A stretch of DNA of 63,300 nucleotides, the filler included, from Octopus bimaculoides (Eukaryota): assembly GCF_001194135.2 (NCBI RefSeq). It is 6 parts of 5 records of this genome, joined end to end, with 100 filler letters (N's around TTAATTAATTAA, not from the genome) between each part and the next. Parts side by side here need not be neighbours in the genome. Positions count along the whole stretch, not along the records: positions 33,842 to 48,855 come from NC_068981.1; positions 48,956 to 58,467 come from NC_068994.1; 4 more parts are not named here. The stretch is one strand, 5' to 3'. Positions 38,248 through 50,359 of the stretch are shown piece after piece. How positions within the stretch are numbered: position 1 is the first letter of the stretch; every line of letters begins with the position of its first letter. Under the pieces are notes generated by a model. That model was not told the origin of the DNA. It made no database searches and saw nothing but the letters and a program-made list of their open reading frames with translations. The translations under genes and the position numbers were made by a program.

Positions 38248-38871
38248 TACAATGGATAAGATTAAATTTTTTACTCGCGTAACAATTTTACAGAGCAAGT
38301 AACTTTTACTATCTACAATAACAGTAGTAACAAAAGAAGCACGTCTTTCAATGGCTATCACATCGCCGACAACAACGACATTAACAGTAGCAGTAAGCCC
38401 TAAAACAACAACCATAAGAACAGTACAGAATAAGATCCCAAACCTTCCCCCCACAAGACTTGCCTCTCCTCACTTCGGACCTCACAGACATTTCATCTAG
38501 CAAAATGTGACCAAGAGAAAGAAAATAAGAAAATTAAAAAAGCCAACAAAAAAGTTTGAAGATTTGAAAGGAGAAGCTTTTGAGCAACACCGCCCCCAAC
38601 AAAAATACCATTAATACTATCAACTTCATGATCACCCTTATCATCGCAAACAACAATAACACAGGAGACACTGTCAACATTACAAATACGCGCAAAACGT
38701 AATTCTAATGAACACCAAAACAAGAAAATTATCTCAAAGAGAACAAAGTGCACAAAACAACACTAAATTTCTGAAGAACTTCCCAACGGAACCCCAAAAT
38801 TTAATGAAGACGGAATCACCCGGTCTCCGAGACCACCAAATGGGTAAATAACTCGTTTCCTTTCTACCAGC

Positions 38872-39400
38872 ATGGCAGCTCTGAGGATAGAGTGTATAAA
38901 TGCACGTGACCCGGCTTCACCTTGAGAATAGAGTGGCCTGTTCAATGAATTCAAGCTGCTAAATTTGGATGTGATAGTCAACAGCGAGACCAGCATTTTC
39001 GACACATACGCCCTAACACCAATTTCTAGCGACTGTGAGATTTTTGCATCTTTTACTTGACCTGGGTTGGCAGTAATTCTTCGGAAAGACTTGGGTCTCA
39101 AAATACAGATGGTAAGTTGGTGGTCTTGGGCATGAGCAGTAATGAAAATGAAGATTTAGACTAGTCGCCGTGTGTGCCCCGACTGGAGTGGAGCGGCCAT
39201 ATTTATTCAAGTGTTTGGAGATTTCTTGGAACGTCCCGCTTATTAGTGCTTACGAACAACTGGAGTGACATTTTGGATGCACGTCTGTACCGTATAGTGT
39301 AAAAGCTTCGCAAACGTAGTTGTTTCCAACAGGGTAACAGATACAATCTGCATTTTTCGAATGCATCAAAGCGGACATGACAAAGATTATCGTGCCAATA
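38872..39400 (+). mobile_element. Decayed L1/Tx1-type LINE ORF2 5' end (AP endonuclease)
   Basis: MAALRIECINAR..LLNLDVIVNSET..GLAVILRKDLGLKIQ..VAVCAP..NWSDILDARL resembles APE motifs (NxRG, xQET, YAP, GDxN); many stops and frameshifts. 38400-38870 may be the ORF1 3' end. Confidence 0.65.
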
Positions 39401-39405
<5 letters not shown>

Positions 39406-39461
<56 letters not shown>

Positions 39462-39486
39462 CATTATTATTATTATTATTATTATT
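39406..39486. repeat. (ATT)n microsatellite
   Basis: Direct reading. Confidence 0.97.
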
Positions 39487-39504
39487 GATAATAATATTTC
39501 GCCC

Positions 39505-39665
39505 GTCGCTACGTTCTGAATTCAAATTCCCGCAAGGTTGACTTTGCCTTTCATCCTTTTGGAGTGGAGTGGGAGTCGATGAATTGAGTACCAGATGAAC
39601 ACTGGGATCGAATTACTCCCTCCCACAAAATTGCTGCCCTTGTGGTAAAATCTGAAACCATTATC
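39505..39665 (+). mobile_element. SINE family B 3' part
   Basis: ACGTTCTGAATTCAAATTCCCGCAAGGTTGACTTTGCCTTTCATCC..AAATCTGAAACCATTA. Confidence 0.8.
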
Positions 39666-39687
39666 ATTATTATTAGTAGTAGTAGTA

Positions 39688-39759
39688 GAAGAAGAAGAAG
39701 AAGAAGAAGAAGAAGAAGAAGAAGAAGAAGAAGAAGAAGAAGAAGAAGAAGAAGAAGAA
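39688..39759. repeat. (GAA)24 microsatellite
   Basis: Perfect run directly after the SINE tail (ATT)(AGT). Confidence 0.97.
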
Positions 39760-41830
39760 ATTCCCACAACATCATGTAAACGGATTCGTATCTTAAAATT
39801 CTTTGACAACATATCTCTTCAACTCTCAAGGACTATGAAATGGTTTTAATAAGTTAACTGAGTTTCTATAAACAGAACATCAAGTAGGGTCACTCTAGAT
39901 CAAGACTGATGGGAAGATTCAATGTGAATCTTCCTATCAGTCGAATAATACGATGCACTAGACTTTGATAGTTGAAAGTTACTGCAATGCTAAAACGAAG
40001 AGGATTGACCTGTTCTGACATCATATCCTACATAAGTAGTGTATTCTAAGAAGAATTTTGTAAGCTCATTTAGCAGTTTGTTTTTGTTCTCTGTTACGTA
40101 GTAACATTCAAGTTTGTATAGTTTAAGTTCGTGTCTCTTAAATAAAAGTTTATATTCCGAATTTTACACTTTAATGTTATTTAATTGTTTGCTTTCTTAA
40201 AGATCAGTAGATTAAAATTTTAATTCTGGTTCCAAGATTCTTTGTAGTTCACATTATCTTTCCTTTTCTAGGATCTGAAATAACAACCGGGCATTTAATG
40301 TGCTTGATTTGATTGTTATAGCCCTACTTCTGCAAAATAGATAGAGTAACAAATCAGGGTTCAAACGTGCAGAATTCAAAGGTACCAGATCATCTGAAAA
40401 TGGAAGCTACAATATGCTATACAAAGATATTTATCTCACATTTGTTTCGTACCATAAAACTGGAATTTGGTAGTTGCTTTCATTATAGAAACCATTATTT
40501 ACATAATTTTAAATAATTTTGACACTAAGTAGAATCCGTGCCTTCAGAAGTATATTCTATTATTAAATAATGAATCAGTTTGGTACACGTGAATGGTGAA
40601 ATAGGTAGATAAGTTGACTAAAGCGATACATTAAAGGTTAGATAAATATACAGGGTTAGGTAGATGTGTTAAAATACACAGGAAATTAATCTCTGGCATA
40701 TCTAAATATACACAGTTAGGAATGTACAAATAACGATTTCGGTTGTTATGATTTATTTGGTTTTTGTTTTTCAATCACAAACTTTATCCTGTAAGTAGAA
40801 ATAATTTTGCTTGTATTTATGAGTATCTTTTACAAAATGCGTTGTATCCTGCTATAAACAATATCAAAATTCTTATAGTTACTGTGGCTAAATAGTTTTG
40901 CAGGATTTGACAAGCCTCCATAGGGCTTAAAATCAGCATTGATCGTCCGTTGAGAATTTATCTTTTATTATATTTGACTAATGTGATTTTCTGCAGTATT
41001 TGATACCGTGGATCTTCTTAGTGCTCATCCTGTTGCTACTATATTTCCAAAAAGAAGCACAACACGACAATACTAAATAAGCATTGTACAAGGACTTTCG
41101 ATACACATTTGTTCCAAATCTTTCAATCATTTTCTCGCTTCTTGATCTCTACTCTAATAACTCATAGAGTTTCTATATTCTTACATAAACAATTTATTTT
41201 TATCTCACATAGATTGCATTGTGTTATCATTTTACAAATTGTCACCGCCCTGTTACTGCCGACATTTCGTTAGTGATATGAATACAGACACTTATTTAAC
41301 GCTGCGATTTAAAGATATTGTAGTGATTTCATTGAACACAGTTCATAGTAGTGTAGAGTAAAGATTTTAGATTTCCTAGGATTGTCTGGCTTCAACAGAA
41401 ACAGCATCTTTTTAAATAGAAAGCTTTCTTTCTTAGCCTCCAGTAAATTTCTTCCCAACAGGTTATCATAAGAGTATTTATTTATAAATAGCAGTTTTTA
41501 ACTGGACAAAACATAAGTGCATGTTTACACGCAGACTAAATTTAGTGACAGAGAAACATAGATGGAATGGAGTTAAATTAGTCGAAACACTAGTCTTACA
41601 CCACAAAACAGTATAAAGTATTCTTGTGCCAATGCACGAAATTCTCGGCCCTTGAAATCCTCTGTAACTTCTGCAGATTTAATATATATAATTATATCTA
41701 CCAGATTGATTCAAAAGTTTTTCGGATTTTCGGTGATGATTTTTGGCAGCTTATATCTCCATGTTATCTCATTAGCCTGTCTAATCATTGCTGAATTGCT
41801 TATTATTTAATTTCATTTATAACATATAAA

Positions 41831-42058
41831 CTTGTTGGGTTGGACGTGGTGCCTCGCCCTACCTACAGTCCATCAGACCTCCATCTTTTCAGAGCCATAG
41901 CTCATTCCTTGTACAGGTGGCGGTTCAACAATGTGGATGAGGTATGAAACGAGATTTTTGCCTGCAAACCAGCCAAGTATTATAACCAAGGAATTGAGCT
42001 TCTGGCACAACAATAGCAACACACCATAGAATATGACAGGATATATTTTGATGAATAA
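41831..42058 (+). mobile_element. Decayed mariner transposase C-terminus
   Basis: LVGLDVVPRPTYSP-SDLHLFRAIAHSL..RFNNVDEV..FACKPAKYYNQGIE..IEYDRIYFDE* resembles the mariner HPPYSPDLAPSDYHLF motif. Confidence 0.75.
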
Positions 42059-43142
42059 ACGCTTTTACATGTAATTTGTTTGAACTGTTAAAGCTTACAA
42101 TATGAAAAAAAAAACGTTTGACTCTATTTAGTGTATATATAATAATATAGATTTAATCAAAAGATTAAATGTGGTACTTAAAATGTTTGAAGCACCAGAA
42201 TTTGGTAGGATAAAAACCAAAAACAAAATCAAGAGATTTGGTGAATAAAATTTGAAGTTAAGCAACAAAAATTCAATAGGTTATAGCATTTTCATTGCAT
42301 TTTCTGTGGTGTTCTCACTACATGAATAAATGGAGCTTGTACGAAACGTACGTACTGCTATAAGCTATTGAATTTTTGTTGCTTAACTTCATATNNNNNN
42401 NNNNNNNNNNNNNNNNNNNNNNNNNNNNNNNNNNNNNNNNNNNNNNNNNNNNNNNNNNNNNNNNNNNNNNNNNNNNNNNNNNNNNNNNNNNNNNNNNNNN
42501 NNNNNNNNNNNNNNNNNNNNNNNNNNNNNNNNNNNNNNNNNNNNNNNNNNNNNNNNNNNNNNNNNNNNNNNNNNNNNNNNNNNNNNNNNNNNNNNNNNNN
42601 NNNNNNNNNNNNNNNNNNNNNNNNNNNNNNNNNNNNNNNNNNNNNNNNNNNNNNNNNNNNNNNNNNNNNNNNNNNNNNNNNNNNNNNNNNNNNNNNNNNN
42701 NNNNNNNNNNNNNNNNNNNNNNNNNNNNNNNNNNNNNNNNNNNNNNNNNNNNNNNNNNNNNNNNNNNNNNNNNNNNNNNNNNNNNNNNNNNNNNNNNNNN
42801 NNNNNNNNNNNNNNNNNNNNNNNNNNNNNNNNNNNNNNNNNNNNNNNNNNNNNNNNNNNNNNNNNNNNNNNNNNNNNNNNNNNNNNNNNNNNNNNNNNNN
42901 NNNNNNNNNNNNNNNNNNNNNNNNNNNNNNNNNNNNNNNNNNNNNNNNNNNNNNNNNNNNNNNNNNNNNNNNNNNNNNNNNNNNNNNNNNNNNNNNNNNN
43001 NNNNNNNNNNNNNNNNNNNNNNNNNNNNNNNNNNNNNNNNNNNNNNNNNNNNNNNNNNNNNNNNNNNNNNNNNNNNNNNNNNNNNNNNNNNNNNNNNNNN
43101 NNNNNNNNNNNNNNNNNNNNNNNNNNNNNNNNNNNNNATATA

Positions 43143-43696
43143 CAGGGGTTGGACAAATTAATGGAACACTTTAAAATTCCAAACAAATTTATTTCAATAT
43201 GCGGTAGGACCGCCTTTAGCAGTAATTACAGCTTGAATTCTACGAGGTATGGACTGGTACAAAGTTTGAATTGTTTCCAAAGGAATTTTTGTCCATTCTT
43301 CAGCTAAAACAGTCTCCAGTTCTTGTAGTGACGATGGTGGAGGATATCGACTCTTTACTTGTTTTTTCTAAAATGCACCATAGATGTTCAATAATATTGA
43401 GATCTGGGGACTGTGGTGGCCAGGTAAGATGTTTAACTTCATTAGAATGTTTCTCGTGCCATTCAGTAACAACTTTAGCTGTGTGAATTAGGGAATTATC
43501 ATCCTGAAAGATTACGTTTACCCCTGGAAGCAGTTCCGCAACCATAGGATGAATTTGATCAGATAAAAGGCTTAAATAGTCTCGACTATTAATTCTACCA
43601 TGAAGGGAAACCATTGGGCCGGCGGACTTCCAAGATATAATCCCACCTCCCGATCTTCACAGATTATCCTCCATGTTTAACAGTTGGAAGAAGGAG
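43143..43696 (-). mobile_element. Tc1-family transposon 3' half with D36E catalytic spacing
   Basis: TA|CAGGGGTTGGACAAA terminus at 43141-43157; minus-strand PTVKHGG..MVSLHGRIN..FQDDNSLIH..WPPQSPDLNIIEHLW. Confidence 0.9.
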
Positions 43697-43744
43697 TTTT
43701 AAGACAATACATTGTATTGTCTTAATGGTGTCTTTCGTGTCGTG

Positions 43745-43837
43745 GAGTTCCTGACGAGGGAAGTGTCTGGTTCATTTAAAATATGAAATTCATGTCATAT
43801 TAACTGACACGTCTCCGAAACGGTCCGTCGATAAAAC
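43745..43837 (+). ncRNA. Type I hammerhead ribozyme-like motif
   Basis: CTGACGA (43751-43757), helix II GGGAAGTGTC..GACACGTCTCC, GAAA (43817-43820), helix III ACG-GTC-CGT, GUC cleavage triplet (43827-43829); helix I is weak. Confidence 0.5.
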
Positions 43838-44554
43838 TTTTGGATCCATTGAACATTGTCTCTAATTTTAGTATGTCCGTTTAATGCTTTAAAATGTCTG
43901 ACTTTCTACTTTCCACACGCTTTGTGTTGTAACTTGAAATCCTTAGTCCTTGTAACATAGCATATGAACTTATTATTTACCATATCCTATCTCATATCGA
44001 CGTCTTCTATTTCAAGATGCCTATGTATTTATGAATGTTTTTATATATTTTTAAATATCTAAATGCTTTTAAATACTCTATGTGCTCGTGTTGTGACTTC
44101 TAAATTTTTATTTCTCTATAGTATATCATATGAATTTATAATTCACTGTCTTATAATATCGACGCTTTTATATCTTATTATGTATATATTTTGTACTTAT
44201 TTTACTTATATATTTTTTTAAATGCCTATGTATTTATAAATGTTTTTAAATATTTTTAGATATTTGCGGGCTTATAAAAATATATAAATGTCTATATGCT
44301 TGTTTGTTATTAATACTTCTATTAAGTTGAACTTTATGTCGCTTTATCAATGTCGAACTAAGTGTGCATATATATTGAATATTCTGCTGGATAATAAGTC
44401 ATGTTCTTCTAGTTTTCCGCTCGTATTGCCTCCACTCAAATTATAAATTGGAACTTAGCTCAATTTGAGCACTTCGATTCTAGCCTGTCTACGAGTATTG
44501 TTAATTAACAACACTATCTATAAAATAGTATAATTTATATATATACATACATAC

Positions 44555-44600
<46 letters not shown>

Positions 44601-44999
44601 NNNNNNNNNNNNNNNNNNNNNNNNNNNNNNNNNNNNNNNNNNNNNNNNNNNNNNNNNNNNNNNNNNNNNNNNNNNNNNNNNNNNNNNNNNNNNNNNNNNN
44701 NNNNNNNNNNNNNNNNNNNNNNNNNNNNNNNNNNNNNNNNNNNNNNNNNNNNNNNNNNNNNNNNNNNNNNNNNNNNNNNNNNNNNNNNNNNNNNNNNNNN
44801 NNNNNNNNNNNNNNNNNNNNNNNNNNNNNNNNNNNNNNNNNNNNNNNNNNNNNNNNNNNNNNNNNNNNNNNNNNNNNNNNNNNNNNNNNNNNNNNNNNNN
44901 NNNNNNNNNNNNNNNNNNNNNNNNNNNNNNNNNNNNNNNNNNNNNNNNNNNNNNNNNNNNNNNNNNNNNNNNNNNNNNNNNNNNNNNNNNNNNNNNNNN

Positions 45000-45205
45000 A
45001 CACAAACACACATACATATATATAAATATACATATAAACGACGGGCTTCTTTCAGTTTCCGTCTACCAAATCCACTCACAAGGCTTTGGTCGGCCCGAGG
45101 CTATAGTAGAAGACACATTCCCAAAGTGCCACGTAGTGGGACTGAACCCGGAACGATGTGGTTGGTAAGCAAGCTATTTACCACACAGCCACTCCTGCGC
45201 CTGCA
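45000..45205 (-). mobile_element. SINE family A 5' half
   Basis: ACGACGGGCTTCTT..ACCACACAGCCACTCCTGCGCC. Confidence 0.92.
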
Positions 45206-45864
45206 TGTAGAATTTTGTAAATAACTACGTAAGGGTTTCTTTTTTCTTAAGTAGGGACAAGGTGTGACAGTAATTTTGTTGTTTTTGGAATTATTGGGTT
45301 TAATTGTTTTGCTTCGAACGTATAAAAGTCAAAGTTACAATGTCCAGTATTTAAACCCTTAGTAGCTGGGCATGTTAATTTTTTTCACAAAAGTTTGTAG
45401 TTGGTGGTAAATTTAGGCTGATATTTTTTTACTTGTTATTGTTGTTATTTAGGGTATTTCTTGTTCTCATTTGTGAAGTAGAGGTTATTAGTTTGGTAGG
45501 TCAATGTTTTGTTAGTATAGAAAATTGTTTCTCTTGTGCTTTGATTTGGGCAAAGTTTGTATGTCTGTATGTTTCTCTTTAGGTTTTCATTGTTCTAAAA
45601 GCAATTGAATTAGTATATAGGGTTTTTAACCTTCGTGTTATATGGAGGAAGAGTTTGTTTATTGTTTGTTTATAAAATTTCTTAAAATTCTTTTCCACAT
45701 ATTTGCTAATGAAGGGCCGATATAGAAGGTGTGTATATATTCATGTATGAAAACGGAAACAAAAATAAAATCTGATTCAATTAAAAAGACAATAATAAAA
45801 AAGGGAAGGAGTCTTGCAATTTAGTTTGCATACAAGTATTTTTTATGAGTGTATGTAGGTCTGA

Positions 45865-46250
45865 GTGGAGGCGCAATGGCCCAGTGGTTAGGGCAGCGGA
45901 CTTGCGGTCATAGGATCGCGGTTTTGATTCCCAGACCGGGCGTTATGAGTGTTTATTGAGCGAAAACACCCAAAGCTCCACGAGGCTCCGGCAGGGGATG
46001 GTGGTGAACCTTGCTGTACTCTTCCACCACAACTTTCTCTTACTCTTACTTCCTGTTTCTGTTGTGCCTGTAATTCAAAGGGTCAGCCTTGTCACACTGT
46101 GTCACGCTGAATATCCCCGAGCACTACGTTAAGGGTACACGTGTCTGTGGATTGCTCAGCCACTTGCACGTTAATTTCACAATCAGGCTGTTCCGTTGAT
46201 CGGATTAACTGGAACCCTCGACGTCGTAAGCCACGGAGTGCCAACAAACA
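45865..46250 (+). mobile_element. SINE family C, full length with 11-bp TSD
   Basis: GTGGAGGCGCAATGGCCCAGTGGTTAGG tRNA-like head, GGTTTTGATTCC B box, (AAC) tail; TSD ATGTAGGTCTG at 45853-45863 and 46251-46261. Confidence 0.92.
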
Positions 46251-46644
46251 ATGTAGGTCTGTATAGTTATATAAGAAAAATTTTTGTGGGGATTTTTGTA
46301 TAATCTTAGATAACTTCTAGAGTACTTGTTTAGTGTTAAGCTGTAAAAATGTAAAGCTGCAAGATTCTAGACGACAGTATAAACCTAGTACAACTAAGAA
46401 AAAGAGCTAAGAAAATACACCCACAATAAATTGATAAACTGGGGATCTACATCACTTCCTTTTTAAAGCGTCACTTTTACAGCTTCGTAGGTGGTTGCCA
46501 CATCCGGAATGTGTTCTTTAAACATTAAACATCAATGCTTTTTTGTTAGTTGTATCATTTCAAGGCATTGCATGTATGCGCACGTGTGTGTGTGCATGTG
46601 TGTGTGTGTGTGTGTGCGTGCATGTGTGTGTGTGTGTATGTGTG

Positions 46645-46688
<44 letters not shown>

Positions 46689-47326
46689 TGTGTGTGTGTT
46701 TAGGATCCTTTATGCGTTCATTGGCTCGTGTATTGCAACATATCCCACAAAATCTCATCAAAGTAATTGCCCTATGTATATAATCAGTTAATGAAATCTG
46801 AATCTTCATGTCCAGGTTACATACTACAATATCATATTTGGTATGGAAATAATGGAAATTATTTAATTTCTTACAACGTACTTCTCCAAAATACTTTTCG
46901 CCAACGCAGGATGATATCTTAGATAACTTAGATAGGTTTCGGCCAGTATAGTCCCAGGTCATGTCTAACTTAATAGCACCACCTAGTGAAGTCTTTTAGA
47001 TTGTGATTCATACCTGAGTGAAATACTTCATAGCAAAATTCTCACCCAAACTTAATGGCTGAAAACATGAAAATCACAATCCATCTAGAACAATTAACTT
47101 AGTTTGTAAAATAATGTCCTCACAATGTACAAGAAATTGTATGCATATCTGCTTCATTGAGCTCCTCCACAAGACACTTTCTCCTGTACATTATTACCCA
47201 TCCTAATATTTTCATCTTTGTAAAGAATTGTTCCTTATCTTTATTCCTCTTCAAAAATATATATATGTGTGTATGTATGTGTGTATATATATTCGTATAT
47301 ATGTATGTATATGTATATGTGTGTGT

Positions 47327-47366
<40 letters not shown>

Positions 47367-47566
47367 NNNNNNNNNNNNNNNNNNNNNNNNNNNNNNNNNN
47401 NNNNNNNNNNNNNNNNNNNNNNNNNNNNNNNNNNNNNNNNNNNNNNNNNNNNNNNNNNNNNNNNNNNNNNNNNNNNNNNNNNNNNNNNNNNNNNNNNNNN
47501 NNNNNNNNNNNNNNNNNNNNNNNNNNNNNNNNNNNNNNNNNNNNNNNNNNNNNNNNNNNNNNNNNN

Positions 47567-47620
<54 letters not shown>

Positions 47621-47961
47621 GTCGTGACTGGTGAAATATCACTATTTATGTAATGATTTGTACTGGATGAAGGACCAAATTTGTAAAGTAAACTGAAATT
47701 TTTTTTATATTTCACCAACAATTTTCATCCTTTCACACACTTCACTATTTTTGTATTTTCATACCTTTACATATACTTTCTCTATCTTTGTAATTATATT
47801 TATCTTTATTTTTTTCCATAACGGATTTGATCCTAAAAGTCAATCCAAGCTATTTTGGAACTTGTTATTTCAGTGGCACCATTTGCCAATTTATATTGGT
47901 AAATGACTACAGAAATGCCATATTTTATATTTATTTTTGATCAATGCCTATGATAAAATGA

Positions 47962-48348
47962 GTGGAGGCGCAATGGCCCAGTGGCTAGGGCAACGGACTC
48001 GCGGTCATAGGATCGCGGTTTCGATTCCCAGACCGGGCGTTGTGAGTGTTTATTGAGCGAAAACACCTATAGCTCCACGAGGCTCCGGCAGGGGATGGTG
48101 GCGAACCCTGCTGTACTCTTTCACTACAACTTTCTCTCACTCTTTCTTCCTGTTTCTGTTGTGCCTGTAATTCAAAGGGTCAGCCTTGTCACACTGTGTC
48201 ACGCTGAATACCCCTGAGAACTACGTTGAGGGTACACGTGTCTGTGGAGTGCTCAGCCACTTGCACGTTAATTTCACGAGCAGGCTGTTCCGTTGATAGG
48301 ATCAACTAGAACCCTTGACGTCGTAAGCGACGGAGTGTCAACAACAAA
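47962..48348 (+). mobile_element. SINE family C, full length with TSD
   Basis: Highly similar to the 45865 copy; TSD ATGA(T/C)AAAATGA at 47950-47961 and 48349-48360. Confidence 0.92.
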
Positions 48349-48855
48349 ATGACAAAATGAACTTACCAATATTTAAATACCTTGCTCATTGATTCATCAC
48401 AATATTTCATTATTCTTAATCGTTATTCAACTTTGGAACAACAGGGCCTAAAAACGGCAAGAAAGTCAGATAGTTGGACATTTTTGTACCAACTAGAATT
48501 GAACCCAATTAACTTGGTTTTGATATTTGTCTCCTACCTTTTTTAACTAACCAGCTGTATATATGTAAACACAATTCCTTCTTCTTCCTTCTTTCTTTCC
48601 TTCTCTTTTCCATTGACACTCCTTTCAGACACACATGCACACACACATGCACACACATGCACACATACGCGCACGCACGCACACACACCCACACTCTCTC
48701 CCACTGGACAATGATGGCAACTCTTTGGAAAACAACTTTCTTCCAAACAATGCCCCACCTTAAATAGCCACCTGGTTTTGCCATTTTCAAAGGCCAAGAA
48801 TAAACTTGTCAATGAAAGAATTGACCAGGTGTAAACACAATTTTCTTCTTTCTTC

Positions 48856-48955
48856 NNNNNNNNNNNNNNNNNNNNNNNNNNNNNNNNNNNNNNNNNNNNT
48901 TAATTAATTAANNNNNNNNNNNNNNNNNNNNNNNNNNNNNNNNNNNNNNNNNNNN
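48856..48955. other. Artificial 100-bp join spacer
   Basis: N44-TTAATTAATTAA(48900-48911)-N44. Confidence 0.97.
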
Positions 48956-49815
48956 TGAAATAAAATATGAAATGTTTCTAATAGACGCTAATCACATTTA
49001 ATTAGACTTTTGTGGGCACCGTGCCTGTAAGGCGATGCTATACCTAAAATCATCCATGTCACGTTGAAAGGTCAAGTTTTGCTTTCTTTTAATTGCCAGA
49101 CGTAGTTTGCCAGGCTGGTCTTTGTCCTATTTTCGGAGTATATGAATGAATTTTTATGCGAATAAAGCCTGGTTTTGAATGAATTTTCAGAAGTCCCTGT
49201 GTAAGTTCTATATTCGTGTGAGCCTTCTATCTGGACTTTGGCTCTATACACGATACCTTTTTCCAGACATCTCCCTTCCAACAGACAGGAGATCCCATCT
49301 TTGAAATTGCAGCTTTTTGGAAAATACGGCATTATGATTTTTAGCAATTATATTGTTGTTGTGCTGGCTAATCAAAGAGGCGAAGTTTTTGTAACAAGAA
49401 TAGCTGATCTTAACCGTTGAATATTCTATAAAACTTATGGTCAGGTTGAAAGTGTCTAGAGACTAATTTTAAAAATTCCTTACCTATATCAGTTCTTACG
49501 GCCATATTGAAAGCTGGGTTGAACCACAAAACTTTCCTAGTCCTAGTTGTACGTGCTGCGTTGCCGTTAGGATTAGACTGGGTATACTGGATCCTCTCAG
49601 AGAATCCACTATTACTTTATGCACTATTATATTAAGGTGCTGCGTTTTGGAATGTTGCCTCATCCGAAGAAATTGAGGATATTCGCCTACCTACGTTACT
49701 AACTAGGTTTCTAAGAATAACTGGCGGATGGTTGGACTCTTTGCTAATATAAGATAGTTTATCATTAGGCTTACGGTAAGGTTTGACTTTATCTGAATTC
49801 AAGTCTAAATTTACA
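48956..49815 (-). mobile_element. Penelope-like element: RT thumb, linker and GIY-YIG endonuclease (decayed)
   Basis: NVNLDLNSDKVKPYRKPNDKLSYISKESNHPP..RKVLWFNPAF..SYSC..CLLEGRCLEKGIVYRAKV..TYTGTSENSFKTRLYSHKNSF. Confidence 0.88.
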
Positions 49816-50055
49816 TTTATCTATCTATCTACCTCTACGACCAGTTCCAAACACCACTGAACGATGACGGACTAGCCCATAAAACAACGCAAAAAATCCT
49901 TTTAATTCTACATTGGTCTTCCTTCCTCCCACTCCAACCAGCCTCCCACACTGTCCCTTAAAATAGCCAACATTCCCTAGCTTACACACAAGAGAGAAAA
50001 CATGTCAAAAAAATGGGTCAGTTCCTCTCCAATATTTTGTAAATTCTTAAATATA

Positions 50056-50359
50056 TGTATTTTAATACTTAAACTGTTTTTAACATTTTCTTATTATTAT
50101 CAGAGAATGTATATTTGTATTTTAATATTTTTGTGACAACCAGTCCTTAACACTACAAAGCTTATACAAAGCTTTATATTTTAAACATATTAATATTATT
50201 ATCAAAGAATATATATATGTATTTTTATTTTTGTATTTTAATACTTGAACCGTTTTAAACATTTTCTTATTATTATCAGAGAATGTATATATGTATTTTA
50301 GTACTTTTGTGACAACCTGTACTTAACACTACAAAGCTTATATAAAGCTTTATATTTTA
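50056..50359. repeat. Tandem duplication, 176-bp period
   Basis: About 128 bp from TGTATTTTAATACTT to AAAGCTTTATATTTTA occurs at 50056-50183 and 50232-50359. Confidence 0.9.

Noticed and set aside
40997-41082. Strong acceptor (TTTTCTGCAG) followed by short frames (YLIPWIFLVLILLLLYFQKE..* or FDTVDLLSAHPV..*)
   Set aside because: Under 30 codons, no recognisable homology and no partner exon identified
42368-43186. Long X-filled ORFs here and at 44501, 47157, 50475, 58594 and 62579
   Set aside because: They span N gaps
45865-45945. tRNA-like sequences at SINE heads
   Set aside because: A and B boxes are present but there is no complete cloverleaf, and they continue into SINE bodies; not tRNA genes
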